IMG/VR virus record: IMGVR_UViG_3300045988_183322
Strand: one strand, 5' to 3'
Source: a virus
Length of the DNA: 64,000 nt
Under the pieces are notes generated by a model. The model ran no database searches and had not been told where the DNA came from. It was given only the letters and a program-made list of their open reading frames with translations. Each line of letters opens with the position of its first letter. Position 1 is the stretch's first letter. Shown in pieces: positions 1-11,784 of the stretch. Both the position numbers and the translations under genes were made by a program.

Positions 1-449
1 ACTCTAATAGTTCTATCATGATGTCTTTTAAGAGCTGGGTATTTTTTTGCAAACTCTGTCAATAAAATATAGCCAGAAGGAGGCGTATCAATCTCAGGCC
101 ACTTCATTTTAAAAAAAGCTTCTTTTCTAATAGGAGAGAAAAAGCGAGAATAATCATACTTCCCATCTATTATTTTTAAGGAGCTTCTACTTTTCAAAAC
201 TCGCGCCAAAATTGTTGCTCTTTTAAAGCCTAAAATTCTACATGCTTCATTGACACTAGGGAAAGTTTTTCCAAAAACAAGGATAGGAATCGTCAAACGT
301 TTAGTTTCTCGCTCACGAAAAAAATAAGGATTATTTGGTGATTCGCCCTTTTTCAAACGTCTGCGAATTATTTCAACGCTCAAGCCACAGCGGCGTGATA
401 ATTCAGCAAGGGATTTGTATGTTTCGCCTTTAACAATTATTTCTTTCAT
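1..449 (-). CDS. Partial CDS (start at 449, runs off window edge): putative DNA-binding protein with two HTH segments resembling NUMOD-type modules of homing endonucleases
   Basis: Manual translation MKEIIVKGETYKSLAELSRRCGLSVEIIRRRLKKG... with no stops to position 1; not in the ORF track because it lacks an in-window stop. Confidence 0.4.
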   Translation of the reverse strand, partial: MKEIIVKGETYKSLAELSRRCGLSVEIIRRRLKKGESPNNPYFFRERETKRLTIPILVFGKTFPSVNEACRILGFKRATILARVLKSRSSLKIIDGKYDYSRFFSPIRKEAFFKMKWPEIDTPPSGYILLTEFAKKYPALKRHHDRTIR

Positions 450-707
450 AAAAGCTTTTATACTTAATCCTAAAATAGTATTCCTGCTCTTCTTCTGCCT
501 CTTCGGAAGAATCCCAGTCTCGACAATAATCATTTAAGCTTTCAGGAGTCTTAAATAATCCATAGGTGTAACACTCGAAATCTCCGGCGTTGTTAATGCA
601 ATTTCTGCAACACGGCTTGAAAACAAATTCCTTTTCATTCTTTTTTGTTTGAGGGAATTTTTTCTTAGAAACAGAAAAAAGCTTTTTGATGGATAAGAGG
701 ATGTTAA

Positions 708-1094
708 TCATTGCTGGCCTCCTTTCTGCTCAAGCTCCCAGGGCCATTGGTCCACCTCCTCACAGTAAATGATGAAAGCGTCTCCTGCGTCGTTGCGAAC
801 GGTTATTTTACATAAATCAATGTCTAGAGAGACAATCGTAACGGGATAAATACTGCCACTACATACGAGTTTGTCCCCCCGCCAGACCCTCATGATAGGA
901 GGAAACCTGGAAATAAGGTCTTTTATCTGATTCTCGGCTTCTTGTGCAGAATCTGCTGGCGTTGTGGCAAGAGGACAGTTAATGCACTCATAATAATACA
1001 TTCGTGTATAATTTCCTGTATATAAGTCCTCGTCATATACGTCAGACTGCAACTGCATCTCCTTTCCGCACAGCGGGCATTTAAAAGTTTTCAT
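708..1094 (-). CDS. Hypothetical zinc-ribbon protein (CPLCGK...CINCP)
   Basis: ORF track; paired CxxC motifs. Confidence 0.3.
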   Translation of the reverse strand: MKTFKCPLCGKEMQLQSDVYDEDLYTGNYTRMYYYECINCPLATTPADSAQEAENQIKDLISRFPPIMRVWRGDKLVCSGSIYPVTIVSLDIDLCKITVRNDAGDAFIIYCEEVDQWPWELEQKGGQQ

Positions 1095-1478
1095 TTTAAT
1101 CTTTAACTAATTCATTCACATTATTTTTACAAACTTAGGCCGCAACCAGTTTTTCTCATTTTCAGAACTAAGGATGCCATATTTTCACCTCCTGCTATGA
1201 TTTTAATTTCACGACAAACAGCAATCAAACAACCAGCAATTCTTCCATCTGCCTCCCCTTCGGAATAAAAAACAGAAAATGTCATCACACCTCTTTTCCC
1301 GGCTGAACTTGCTAAGTAATTAGCAAACTCTTCGCAAACTTCTTTCTCCGTTTCAACCGTTTTAAGACAACCAAGCACTACTATTTTGTATTCTTTTTTA
1401 TTCATTTTTTATATGCCCTTCTCTCAGGGCTGGAAAAGAGATTAGCATCATTAGAAAAAGAAGTCAAGCTTCAAATTG

Positions 1479-2282
1479 CTAACCTATAAAAGCTCTATAC
1501 TGACAGCTTTCTGAATTAAAATATATAGCATTCTTGGCCTTTGAATTGAATTCCGCATAAAAGTCCAATCCATTCTCTTTTACTTCATCAATTATTGAAT
1601 TGATTTTCCAACAAGGGTAAACAAGCCTCTTTTGGCCGTAACGGATTTCTTTTTTTGACAAAAACTCAACTTCACTTTTATGATATTTCCAAACAATCTT
1701 TATGATAGAATGAATGCAATAATCAATCCACCTTCTCTCTTGTAAATATTTTTTAGACTCGGATAAAAAAGGCGGTAAAATCAATTTTAATTCATCCCAT
1801 CTCAAGCGGAAAATGCCGCCTAAAGTCCCATATCCATTTTCAACAATATCATAAGCCCATATTGGTTTATAATTTGCGACTTCTTTTCTCACATAAACAT
1901 TTGAAATATATGGATGCCGAAGTCTATTGCGATATTTCGTCTGAATAGACAGGTTTTTCAAATTAAGAAAATACCCTTTCAAAAGTTCTTTCGCTTCATC
2001 CTCATGGATATATTCTTCCCAATTAATTGAATTTACAATTTTAACAAAATCGCATCGTTTCTTTATCGGAGCTTTCGCAAGAACATAGTATGTTTTATCT
2101 TTATGTTGAAAAACAAATGGGCGAGACCTGTTTCTCTTGTAAAACTCTTCTGACGAAAAAGAAATTCCTAACTCTCCAATAGCGGTTTTTACTGTACGAT
2201 GTGATACCCCCAAATAGTTAGAAGCTTGTCGTAAAGAATCAAAAACCTTTCCATCTATAAAACATTTCTTAGCTCCAATCAC
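1479..2282 (-). CDS. Hypothetical protein with N-terminal HTH (homing-endonuclease-associated DNA-binding-like)
   Basis: FDSLRQASNYLGVSHRTVKTAIG resembles a NUMOD/HTH module. Confidence 0.3.
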   Translation of the reverse strand: MIGAKKCFIDGKVFDSLRQASNYLGVSHRTVKTAIGELGISFSSEEFYKRNRSRPFVFQHKDKTYYVLAKAPIKKRCDFVKIVNSINWEEYIHEDEAKELLKGYFLNLKNLSIQTKYRNRLRHPYISNVYVRKEVANYKPIWAYDIVENGYGTLGGIFRLRWDELKLILPPFLSESKKYLQERRWIDYCIHSIIKIVWKYHKSEVEFLSKKEIRYGQKRLVYPCWKINSIIDEVKENGLDFYAEFNSKAKNAIYFNSESCQYRAFIG

Positions 2283-2782
2283 CTGATTCGCCTAAAATTA
2301 ACTTGCAAATTAGCGGCCCCCATTCTTTTTCTTTTTCAGGATTTGAAATCTTTGAGAATAAAAGCCATAGCATTGGCGGCTCTTCTTTCAAGAAGAAGTG
2401 GAGAGCTTTAGACACATACTCAAGAGAATCGAAACAATCCCCTATGCTTTTAATTCTTTCTAAAGCCCATAAAAAAACATAAAGTTCCCGCCCAAAAAAT
2501 CTATCAAAATAAATATCTCGCCCCGGCGTTTTAGAAAATTTTACCCCTTTAGTAGAACAGTCATCCTTTTTCATGCGTTCCTTAAAACTTCTCTCTATTT
2601 CAAGAGTAGCCCCGGGAATGGTTTTAGTTAAATGCGGATAATAAAAGGTAAGCTGTTTACATGGCGGCGCACTTACGCAGTCGGAAGGAAGAACCTCATA
2701 AAAAAAGGCGAAATCATGATTTTTGAACGTCCTTAGCATGAAACCATGTCCATTCATCAAAAATCCAAAATCTATTGTTTCT

Positions 2783-3613
2783 TTAATCTCTGTTCTCATT
2801 TTTTAAATATATTTTATCTTCTCCAAAAGAAGGATTTTCCCATCTAATTAAATATTCATTATCTTTCATATAAATTAGTCTCCCATAATGAGAATAACTT
2901 TTCCAATCAAAAACCGAAACCAATTTTCTTTTAAGGTCAAAAATGCAATTCCCTTCTAATTTTCTAAATTTCCAATAAGTATTATAATTATGACTTTTTA
3001 CAAAATCCTTTTCGTATTGAGAAATCCATTTTTCTGAAAATTTATTTCCATGAATGAACCACGAAAATACAGAATCAAAATTATAGAGAAAAACATTAAT
3101 TGGCAAATCATCAACCTTCTCTAAAAGACTTTCATCATTTTCTCTTGCTGGAAAAGATTCTGCATTGAAAATCTTTTCTATTTCTGGCTTAATATATTCA
3201 CAAAATAATTTAACTTTGCTAATTTCTCCACCAAAAAAACACCCAGCATATTTAGCACCCCAACTCGTCGCTCTCAACATGACAAGCTCTTTTTCTAAAA
3301 TCTCTTTTGGGACGGGAGATTCAATTACATTATCAGAATCTAAATAGAAGATATAATCATAGCTTTGAAATTTCTCTAATACCTTAAGAAGATATAAATA
3401 TTTTAAATAATTGATGAAAGGCCATTTTTCTTCTTCAACTTCTTCAACAAAAACACTATCTATACTCTTTGCGAATTTTTTATAATTAGTAAAAAGAAAA
3501 AAATCTACATTCTCATTTAAAAAAAAATGCCTTTTATTCCGATTTATGGATTGTAGCCAAAAATCATAATATTGTTCTCCTAACGCAATTTGAACAACAG
3601 CTATTTTTTTCAT
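2783..3613 (-). CDS. GT-A fold nucleotide-sugar glycosyltransferase (GT8-like, FYLDSD DxD motif)
   Basis: N-terminal beta-strand MKKIAVVQIALGEQYYDFW and LDSD motif. Confidence 0.4.
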   Translation of the reverse strand: MKKIAVVQIALGEQYYDFWLQSINRNKRHFFLNENVDFFLFTNYKKFAKSIDSVFVEEVEEEKWPFINYLKYLYLLKVLEKFQSYDYIFYLDSDNVIESPVPKEILEKELVMLRATSWGAKYAGCFFGGEISKVKLFCEYIKPEIEKIFNAESFPARENDESLLEKVDDLPINVFLYNFDSVFSWFIHGNKFSEKWISQYEKDFVKSHNYNTYWKFRKLEGNCIFDLKRKLVSVFDWKSYSHYGRLIYMKDNEYLIRWENPSFGEDKIYLKNENRD

Positions 3614-3702
3614 TTTCTCTTTAGAAGAAAAATATAAGTCTCTACATTGCCACTAAATGGAAGTCTATAGGGCGTAAAACTTAAAATATCACAATTATTT
3701 CT

Positions 3703-4296
3703 TCAAGCTAAATCAACTGGACTCCCATCATGGGCCATACAAAGATATTTAGGAGAACTTTCATTTTGCGCCATAAAATCTTTAACTTTTTTGCAATTCC
3801 TAGTCCATCCCTTGATAACTTTATTAGAATCTTTATCAATAAGAACGAACTTATAAGGAATACGGCTCCTTACAGAGAGATGCGCCTGTTTACTTCTCTT
3901 TGAACAACAACCCAATTTCTCCATCAAAGATTTCCACTTCTTACCATGAGCACATAAAGGACGACAAGCATGGCATACTTCATGAATAATAGTATCGTAA
4001 GCTTCTTTATGATTCTTCATTATTTTGCTGTTCAAAAACAGCAGTTCTGACAAACGAATCTTTCTCTTAACCCAAGAACAATCACCCCATATCCCATATG
4101 ATGGCGTAGTTCTAACAGAATAATCTCCTAAGTTCAGAGCGTGAAGAACATCTTGGCAAAATTTCACCAAAATTTTCTCATCAAATCCTTCTTCAAAACA
4201 GGGGGGTTCAAGAAGATTTTTTTCTTTAAGTGCCTGATAAATTTCTTCATCAGTCATCTGAACTCCTGTCTTCTTTTCTTCTTTTTGTTCGTTCAT
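3703..4296 (-). CDS. SprT-like zinc metallopeptidase
   Basis: HEVCH (HExxH) followed by HGKKW, typical SprT/WLM arrangement. Confidence 0.5.
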   Translation of the reverse strand: MNEQKEEKKTGVQMTDEEIYQALKEKNLLEPPCFEEGFDEKILVKFCQDVLHALNLGDYSVRTTPSYGIWGDCSWVKRKIRLSELLFLNSKIMKNHKEAYDTIIHEVCHACRPLCAHGKKWKSLMEKLGCCSKRSKQAHLSVRSRIPYKFVLIDKDSNKVIKGWTRNCKKVKDFMAQNESSPKYLCMAHDGSPVDLA

Positions 4297-5177
4297 ATTT
4301 TTGTTTTATCTATTCTCTCATGTGGGAATGAGTATACCGTAAAATAAAAATATTGTCAAGTACTAATTGAAATCTTTTATTCTGCCTTTTTCTTTCAAGC
4401 TTCTCAAAAGATGCCTGAATTCTTTAGTGACAATATCAACAAGTACTTCTGTATCATCTTCTTCTTCAATTCTAAGAATACCAGCATTAGAGCCGTACTT
4501 TCTTCTATTTTGTCTCCATGTATTGTATTTCTTTTTCATACAAGCCTTTCTATAGACCAAAAACAATGTTTCACTTCCTCAAGCGTATTTAATATCTCAA
4601 CACTAGCTAACCCATCCGCTTCTAAAGCGTCTATTACATCCGTTAAAAGATTTTCTCCTTCTTGACATTCTTCTTCAATCTCTTTCCCCTCATCAGGAGA
4701 AAGAGCATACCAATTTTTATATTCATCAATTCGCTCTTTTACGACATTAGATATTTCTTCTTCGCACTCCTTACAAGGACTAACTAAAATATTCCCATTT
4801 TTATCCACCCTTTCTATTTCAAGAGGATAAATTTGATGCCCTTTTTTGCTACAAAAAATCATCATAAATAATAAGTTTTGTTTTTGAAATTATCTTTAAT
4901 GAAAATATGGGGTTTTCTATTCAAAACTAACAATATTTTTTTGAAGAAGTTAGTCGGCACTAATTTCATATTCGCAGAAGCACCACGTCTATCTGAGGTT
5001 CTTACGCAAGCATATTTTGGTCCTTTAAAAGTATAGTAACCTATCCCATAAGCAAATCTTTTCGTTGCTCCATACTTCCTTAAAAGATTGATTGTATTAT
5101 GCCTCAAATAAAGTTCATGACTGTAAGCTACAGAAAATCCTAATTTTATGCAAGTATTTTTAAACCAAGCTTCATGA

Positions 5178-5456
5178 TTACTTCGTTTTATTTGTACAAA
5201 TATATCCTTCGCCATTACATCTATCGCACATTAACCAATTATTAGTATTTTCTATTTCCTCGCCAGAAAAGAATGCGCCTGTTCCATCGCAAAATTCACA
5301 TATTTCCAAATCTTTATTAGGATTAAAAAATATACAACCAAATTCTTCTGGATTATTGATAAAATTGACAGGAGTTTTTTCGTTTCTACAACAAAACTGT
5401 TTTTGTCTTCTTTTTAAAGAAAGGCAATTTGAACAGACCTTCAATATGATTTTCAT
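5178..5456 (-). CDS. Small cysteine-rich protein with DnaJ-type CxxCxGxG zinc-finger repeats
   Basis: CEFCDGTG and CDRCNGEG motifs. Confidence 0.35.
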   Translation of the reverse strand: MKIILKVCSNCLSLKRRQKQFCCRNEKTPVNFINNPEEFGCIFFNPNKDLEICEFCDGTGAFFSGEEIENTNNWLMCDRCNGEGYICTNKTK

Positions 5457-5568
5457 TTCAATAAAAATATCTTGAATCTATTATTGCATAGCGGGACGTC
5501 CTGATTCTTTTTTTCGAAGAGAGCGATTCGGACAAATCTTTTTGGCATTTTCTTTCGATGAAGATATT

Positions 5569-6885
5569 CTAAATTATCTGACGATAAAAATCAACACATT
5601 TCTGATGAGCCTTTACATTTTTTTTCAAAAAATATTCTAACGTTAGCCCTTTAAGATTAGAAACGCGGCTAAGGGCAACATAGCATTGACCATGAGCAAA
5701 TGATTCTGAGATGTCTATATGCGCTTTCTTCAAAGTGACACCTTGACTTTTGTGGACAGTAATAGCATACCCGAGTCTTAAAGGAATTTGAGAAAAATAA
5801 GCCCCGTTTTTCTTCTCTTTGTCCAATTTCCAAATAAAATTAGTGACTTCAATGAAGTCAGAGCTGTCTTCCAATCTGACTACAACCGAGGCAGGAAGTA
5901 AATTCGTAACTGTTCCGATTTGTCCATTGAAATATAAGTTGTCTGGACTATTGGCCGTAACCATCACTTTAGCCCCAACTTTAAGTTTCAGCTCAACCGG
6001 GGAAAGGACTTGCGAAATTAATTGCGCTTGTTGTTCTTCTGTCCCTCCACCTACTTCTGCCCGATAGATTTTCTCTTCTGAATTAATTTCCTCAAATCTT
6101 TCATTATTCCATTCTTCAACAAGATTATTATGAGTCATAACTCTTGTTATTTCGTTTGAAGGGCAAGAGACAAATCGAGCTTTCAAAACTTCGTAATCAT
6201 TATCATTCATTTCCCCAAAACGAATTCGATTTAAAATATTAATGAAGCCTTCATCATCTTGCCTAATGACCTCTTTCAAATTGATAATTTCGAAATTGGC
6301 ATTCTGCCATGCTTCTGATTCAAAAGCGAACTTCGCTGTTCCTTCTCTGCATACAGGTTCTAATTGAAGAAAATCGCCAATAACAATCACTTGCATGCCG
6401 CCAAAAGGCTCGACATTCCCTCTCAGACATTGCAGCCTAAAATTAATAAAATCAAAAAGCCTCGCTTCTACCATACTTATTTCATCAATGAGTAGAACTT
6501 TCTTCTTATTGATTATTTGCTCCGTCTTTTCATTCCAATATTTATTTCTTTCTAAAATAGTCTCAAACTCTAAAAAACTTTGGTCTTTCCTAGGCCCGAA
6601 TCCAATTCCCAATGTTTTATGAATTGTTTTCCCTTCAATATTTAAAGACGCTATGCCTGTGGAAGCAGAAACAACAATTTTATGGCTTCTTTTGTGCTTT
6701 TTAATTACCTCTCTAATAAGAGTTGACTTCCCCGTACCCCCACAACCTGTCAAAAAAATATTCTTCCCTGCATAGAAAGCTTCCCAAAAACCTTTTATTT
6801 CCGAAGCGTTTTTTTCTGGAATCAAGACGTTTACCATAGAAATGATGATACATCTTTTCAAGAGAAAAGTCAATAAAAAATCCAC
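5569..6885 (-). CDS. SF1 helicase, Dda/PIF1/RecD-like
   Basis: Walker A GCGGTGKST; Walker B VLLIDEISMV; C-terminal ITVHKSQG motif typical of RecD/Dda helicases. Confidence 0.7.
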   Translation of the reverse strand: MDFLLTFLLKRCIIISMVNVLIPEKNASEIKGFWEAFYAGKNIFLTGCGGTGKSTLIREVIKKHKRSHKIVVSASTGIASLNIEGKTIHKTLGIGFGPRKDQSFLEFETILERNKYWNEKTEQIINKKKVLLIDEISMVEARLFDFINFRLQCLRGNVEPFGGMQVIVIGDFLQLEPVCREGTAKFAFESEAWQNANFEIINLKEVIRQDDEGFINILNRIRFGEMNDNDYEVLKARFVSCPSNEITRVMTHNNLVEEWNNERFEEINSEEKIYRAEVGGGTEEQQAQLISQVLSPVELKLKVGAKVMVTANSPDNLYFNGQIGTVTNLLPASVVVRLEDSSDFIEVTNFIWKLDKEKKNGAYFSQIPLRLGYAITVHKSQGVTLKKAHIDISESFAHGQCYVALSRVSNLKGLTLEYFLKKNVKAHQKCVDFYRQII

Positions 6886-7654
6886 CAGCCTTCCGACTGG
6901 TGGATTGAAATCGCACTAGAAAAACTTAGCCTCTTTTTTTATTCTTATTGTATTTATTTTGATTATTCCTGCTTTCTTCTTCGTCAATCTTATCTTCCTG
7001 TTTCGCATCATTTAATTTAACAGGCTCAGCAGGTTCAATAGATTTAACAGATTCAATGGTTTTAGCCTCTTGTCCCATCTTATCTTTTTCTTTTTGAGAT
7101 TCCAAATCAGAAACCAATTTCTCAAGTTCCTTATAAGATTGAGAATCTGTTCCGCATTCATATGCAAAAGTTCCAAGGATGTTTTTGAGGGCTTTAATAA
7201 TCTCTTGTTGTACCATAACTTTGTAATTTTCTATTTTTACACTAATCCGACAACTCATTTTGGAGTTCTTCAATAACTTTCAATTCTTTCTTATATCTTT
7301 CTTCGCCGTATTCTTTAGAAAGATATAAAAGTTCCCGTTTTTTAGTGTCTAAATTTATCAGAGAAATTTGTTTTTTAAATCCACTTATCCGCATGATAAA
7401 CCTTCTCCATCCAATCAACATGTCTTCGCATTTTTCCGCACAAAATGTTGCTATTGGAACAACTATAGCAAAAATAAAAGCGAAAATAATTAAAGGGAAG
7501 ATAAATATGAAAGAAAAATGATATAGGAAGTTAGTCCATCTTTCTGTATTTTGAGCTTTTTTTGTAATATTTACTTTTACTTGCCTGTTCCCATTATTTA
7601 AGTGAAACTTACAGCAAGTTCTCTTCAATTTTTCCTTTATTTCTATTTCTTCAT

Positions 7655-8824
7655 TCATAACATCTTTTTATCGATTTCTCTAGCAAACTCAATCAAAAAC
7701 TCTTTAATTTTCTTATCTTCCGAAAGTTTTTGGAAAAGAACAGTTTCATGAGAAAAAAGATACCTAGAGATAAATTTGTTGAAAGTCTCCATAATAGAAA
7801 AAGCTTCTGACGACCATCCCCAATAACTTTTGGAACTTATTCCTAACTCGCTAGGAAGTTCTAATTCGCTTTGCAACAAAAGTTTGATTCCCTCCTTGCT
7901 AGGAACAATGTGGCAAATATCAATTCCCATCCCTAAAGCGGCAACCCCAATTAACTCACCTCTGTGGCAATGTTGAGGATTAAACTCCGCACTCAAGAAA
8001 CAAATTCTCTTTTTATTTTTAATAGCTTTATCACAAAGCGCTTTCAGCCTATTATTTTTTTCACTATTCCATATTTTTTTATATATTACATGACTATTTT
8101 CATCAAATGAATCTCTTTGATTAAAACTTACTTCTGAAAACATATTGCCACACCAAGCATATCCAATATTATTCTCATGCAGTGCTTCGTTGAGAGCGTC
8201 TGTCCCATAAAATTTATTATGACTTATTGTAGAAGCCCTAATATCTATTAAGATTTCAATTCTATAATCCTTCAATAAGCTTAAGAAACCCTGCGGTCTT
8301 AAATTGCCATAGCCAATAGAATATATATAAGATTCTTTTTTAATTAATTCATCTCTTTTTCGAGAACGAATTTCCATAAGAAACTTCCCCAAATAATTTT
8401 CCCCTTCTCCTTCGCAAACACCTAAAAACGTGTCGCCATATGAATTATCAAAAATAAGTTCATTTTCTCCTGTATTTAAAAGCTTCTCTAGAAAGAATTC
8501 ATCAGAAAACTTTTGGGATAACAAAATGAATAAGATATCTTTCTTATTGGCTTCAAAGAAAGGGTCTATAAAAGATGGAATAACATCTTTCCATTCATTA
8601 AACTTCTTTTCTGCTTCTCCTGCCGACAAGAAGGAAAAAGCGTATCTCAATCCTCTGTCTCTAATTTGAGAAGCTAAAAAAGCAGAAGTTACGTTCGTGT
8701 ATTTTATTCCTTCATATTCAATAAAAGGAACTGGCTCCCCATTATTGCCAATTTTTTCTGTTGAATTATTAAGAAACTCGCTACCTTGAGAAAAAGAGTT
8801 AATCATGAATTTAGAACCAAGCAT
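7655..8824 (-). CDS. Two-domain protein: N-terminal NADAR (YbiA/DUF1768-like) domain fused to C-terminal DUF488
   Basis: N-terminal LLNTGENELIFDNSYGDTFLGVCEGEGENYLGKFLMEIR matches the NADAR core; C-terminal YSIGYGNLRPQGFLSLL...IEILIDIRA...ICFLSAEFNPQHCHRGELIG matches the DUF488 pattern (CHR motif). Confidence 0.5.
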   Translation of the reverse strand: MLGSKFMINSFSQGSEFLNNSTEKIGNNGEPVPFIEYEGIKYTNVTSAFLASQIRDRGLRYAFSFLSAGEAEKKFNEWKDVIPSFIDPFFEANKKDILFILLSQKFSDEFFLEKLLNTGENELIFDNSYGDTFLGVCEGEGENYLGKFLMEIRSRKRDELIKKESYIYSIGYGNLRPQGFLSLLKDYRIEILIDIRASTISHNKFYGTDALNEALHENNIGYAWCGNMFSEVSFNQRDSFDENSHVIYKKIWNSEKNNRLKALCDKAIKNKKRICFLSAEFNPQHCHRGELIGVAALGMGIDICHIVPSKEGIKLLLQSELELPSELGISSKSYWGWSSEAFSIMETFNKFISRYLFSHETVLFQKLSEDKKIKEFLIEFAREIDKKML

Positions 8825-9764
8825 TAAATTTAAAATATTCTTCCAATAGGCCTATAATCTTTAAATGAATACCAAGAAGAAGTGGGCGTTCCAAAATCAA
8901 TACCTTGGCTTGTCTTATCCCCCCAATATGCGACAAGTTTTATTTTCTTATAATCCGTGCAACCTTTTGGAATAACAAGTGTCCCCGGTAAAAATTTTTC
9001 AGCTAATTCTTTATCTATTTCTCCATATTCCTTTTTTAAATCCTCATAATAAAGCCTTATTAACTCTTCGTCTGGAATCTTCTCTTCATTCTTCTTTTCT
9101 ACAAAATCCTCATACTCTTTTTCTAAATCGCATTCAATTTCAATAATTTGACTAGGAATAAAAAAATTATCTTCGCGAGAAACTAATCGCCGTATTTCTA
9201 TTGCATCAGGGTTCATATTTAAAAATATACCCATGTTTGAAAAATTTTCTCTGACTTCCTTTGCAGAAAATTCTTCATAAACTTTAATCTCATTTTCATA
9301 TATAAACTTTTCTATTTCTGGCCGAAATTTAGAATAAAGCCAATCATAAATAAACTCAGAAAGCGACCATTCACTTTTATTGTTAAAGAAACATAAATCT
9401 TCCATGTTTTCTATAGAAAAAACGATAAATTCCGCTTTATTTCCAAAGATAGAGAACTCTATCTCTTCAACTTTCAGAGTAATTTTCTTTTTCATTTCAA
9501 GCGAGAAAGATATTGCGTTTTCCAATTTCATCTAGATAATCCTCTTCTAACGCCATGAGCATTAACATATTAAAATCGTCTTCGCTCATATAATCCTTGT
9601 CAACAGTCATAACATGACCACTACATTCCACATTGAGTTCTTTTTTTAGAACATCTATCATATCAAGAACATCAGCATTATTTCTATCAATTCCATATTT
9701 TTCATACATGCTCACCAATGCTTGAATGCATTCTTTGTCTTTGGCGTAATCTTCATTCATAGAT

Positions 9765-10244
9765 TTATATATAGATAATTTCCTTTACCAAATCTAAAAC
9801 ATCTTCTTTTTTCACTAAAAGAAAAACAGTGTTGCGCAGTTTTAAATTTGTTTTGTTTTGTTTTGTTGTTAATTTCTTTCTTTTTGTCTTTCCTTCTGCC
9901 TCTAAAGCAAGCACGCGAGCTTTAAGAAACGCAGTTTCAAAAATGCGGATTTCACCTCCCCAACATATAGCATAGAATTTAGATTTCCCAACTAAAAACC
10001 ATGACATTTTCCCATTATCATATTCTTCAAAAGCTAAGTTTCCAGTCTTCAAGACCGCTTGTTGATTTTTGACTGAATAAGGCTCTCCATCAACATACAA
10101 ATCAATATCTTTAAACTCATCTTCTCTAGTAGCTTTAAAAACAATGCATCCTTTTCTTCTGAAATGAAGAGCTACTAGATTTTCTATTCTTTTGGCTTCT
10201 TTGAATTGTTGGGATTTAGAATAATAAGAGAAATTACTTTTCAT
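9765..10244 (-). CDS. Hypothetical protein; contains a (TTTTG)3 pentanucleotide repeat near its 3' end
   Basis: ORF track; repeat at 9847-9868. Confidence 0.3.
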   Translation of the reverse strand: MKSNFSYYSKSQQFKEAKRIENLVALHFRRKGCIVFKATREDEFKDIDLYVDGEPYSVKNQQAVLKTGNLAFEEYDNGKMSWFLVGKSKFYAICWGGEIRIFETAFLKARVLALEAEGKTKRKKLTTKQNKTNLKLRNTVFLLVKKEDVLDLVKEIIYI

Positions 10245-11784
10245 TTTAACAGAGCTTCTCTATAGCGTCGTTATAATGATAAAAGCCATTATAATAATAT
10301 ACCATCCATACTCTTTTAAGAGATAACATATAGCATCAATTATTTTGTCCATTTTATTTATTTCTTTGTCTATATTCTGCACAATCAATAACCCAATCTA
10401 AAACATCACGCCCCTCTTTGAGATAAAATATTGCTTCACTTATATCCTCAAAAAAATCTTCATCAAAATCATATAAAAGCTCTTTCATATTTAAAATCTC
10501 TTGATTTAAACGAGATTGAAGCTCTTTCAATTTTTCAGTATCTTTTTCCATTCCAAATCACATCCTTATCATTAATCTTTGTCCTCCAAAAAAAGAGTAT
10601 AGCTACTCGAAATGATTTCCTTTCCATCCATAGAAATAGCTTTAATTACATTGCCACTTAGAAAAGTATATTTCTGAATAGGTATTGCTTCAACAGAGCC
10701 TGACGATTGATGAATATATAAGGTTCCCACTTTCAAAAGAGCTGGTGTTCTTATCTTTTTCTCAGAACCTACACATCTCGCAGTCTGCTCAAGCTCGCCC
10801 TTATTAGAGGACTCTAAAAAAATAACTGATGCCCCAAAAATTAAGATTATAAAGAAAATAATTGCTAGAACACTTGTTGGGACTTCTCCGCGGCTATCTA
10901 AGTTAGACATAGATGTATGATAGAGATTATTTATAACTTTGTCAACAAAAAAAACGCTCAAATATGAAATTTGAACGTTTGAAGAAAAATTATTTGCTTC
11001 TCTATTTTTTACATGCCATGTAATATTGTTGCCATAGCAACTTTTCTATTTCGTCAACTTGAGAATCTAGAAATGATTGACCATAGGAAATCTCTCTAAG
11101 ATAGTAACAAATTTCGCTTATCCTCTCTCTTAAAACGCCTAAAACAATAGCATCTGAAACTACAGGAGGAGTTTCTATATTACTAGCAATCATATTAGCC
11201 CCATTTGTAAATCCAGAATATGATTCTCTGAATTCATCGAATAATTTTGAACCTTTCTTATATATTTCATCCGTTGCTAAGTGAACCCAGCCATTCTCTG
11301 TGAAATGATGGACATTTTGGATGAAATCTAAAAATGCATTTAGGACTGATATATCTAAGGCTTTCATAATGACAATAATTAAAAACCTAATTATTTTCAA
11401 ATAGGCTATCGTAAAGCTCTATGCAATCAGAATCCGTCAATTCAACTTCCGGGAACGTGCATATACTTCCAGTTCCATCTTGAACAGCCTCTAAAGTAAT
11501 TCGAATAACTGGTGTTTTTTCAGAATTCAAGCTTTTATAAGCCCAAGCTTGACACACATTCCAATCGCCATGTTCAGCCTTAAAATAAGTTACTAAATTG
11601 GCGAATTTCTCTTGGTTATCCGAAGAAAGTTCTAATAAAGAAAGTCTAGCACTTTTCTTCCAATTAGCCTCTCCACCAAGAATGTCAATATAAGCTTCTT
11701 CAAAATTACCTATTTGTGGGAAAGTTACATGAATCATAATTAAAAATAAGAATTATAAAAAATAATGTTAGTATAATTTTTAAC

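Noticed and set aside
5819-6067. Plus-strand ORFs antisense to large minus-strand genes (5819-6067, 12923-13252, 15007-15270, 36610-36864, 40872-41102, 55028-55285, 57359-57661, 61736-62565)
   Set aside because: They are entirely embedded antisense in well-supported CDSs, low-complexity, and arise from AT-rich codon complementarity, so they are treated as spurious.
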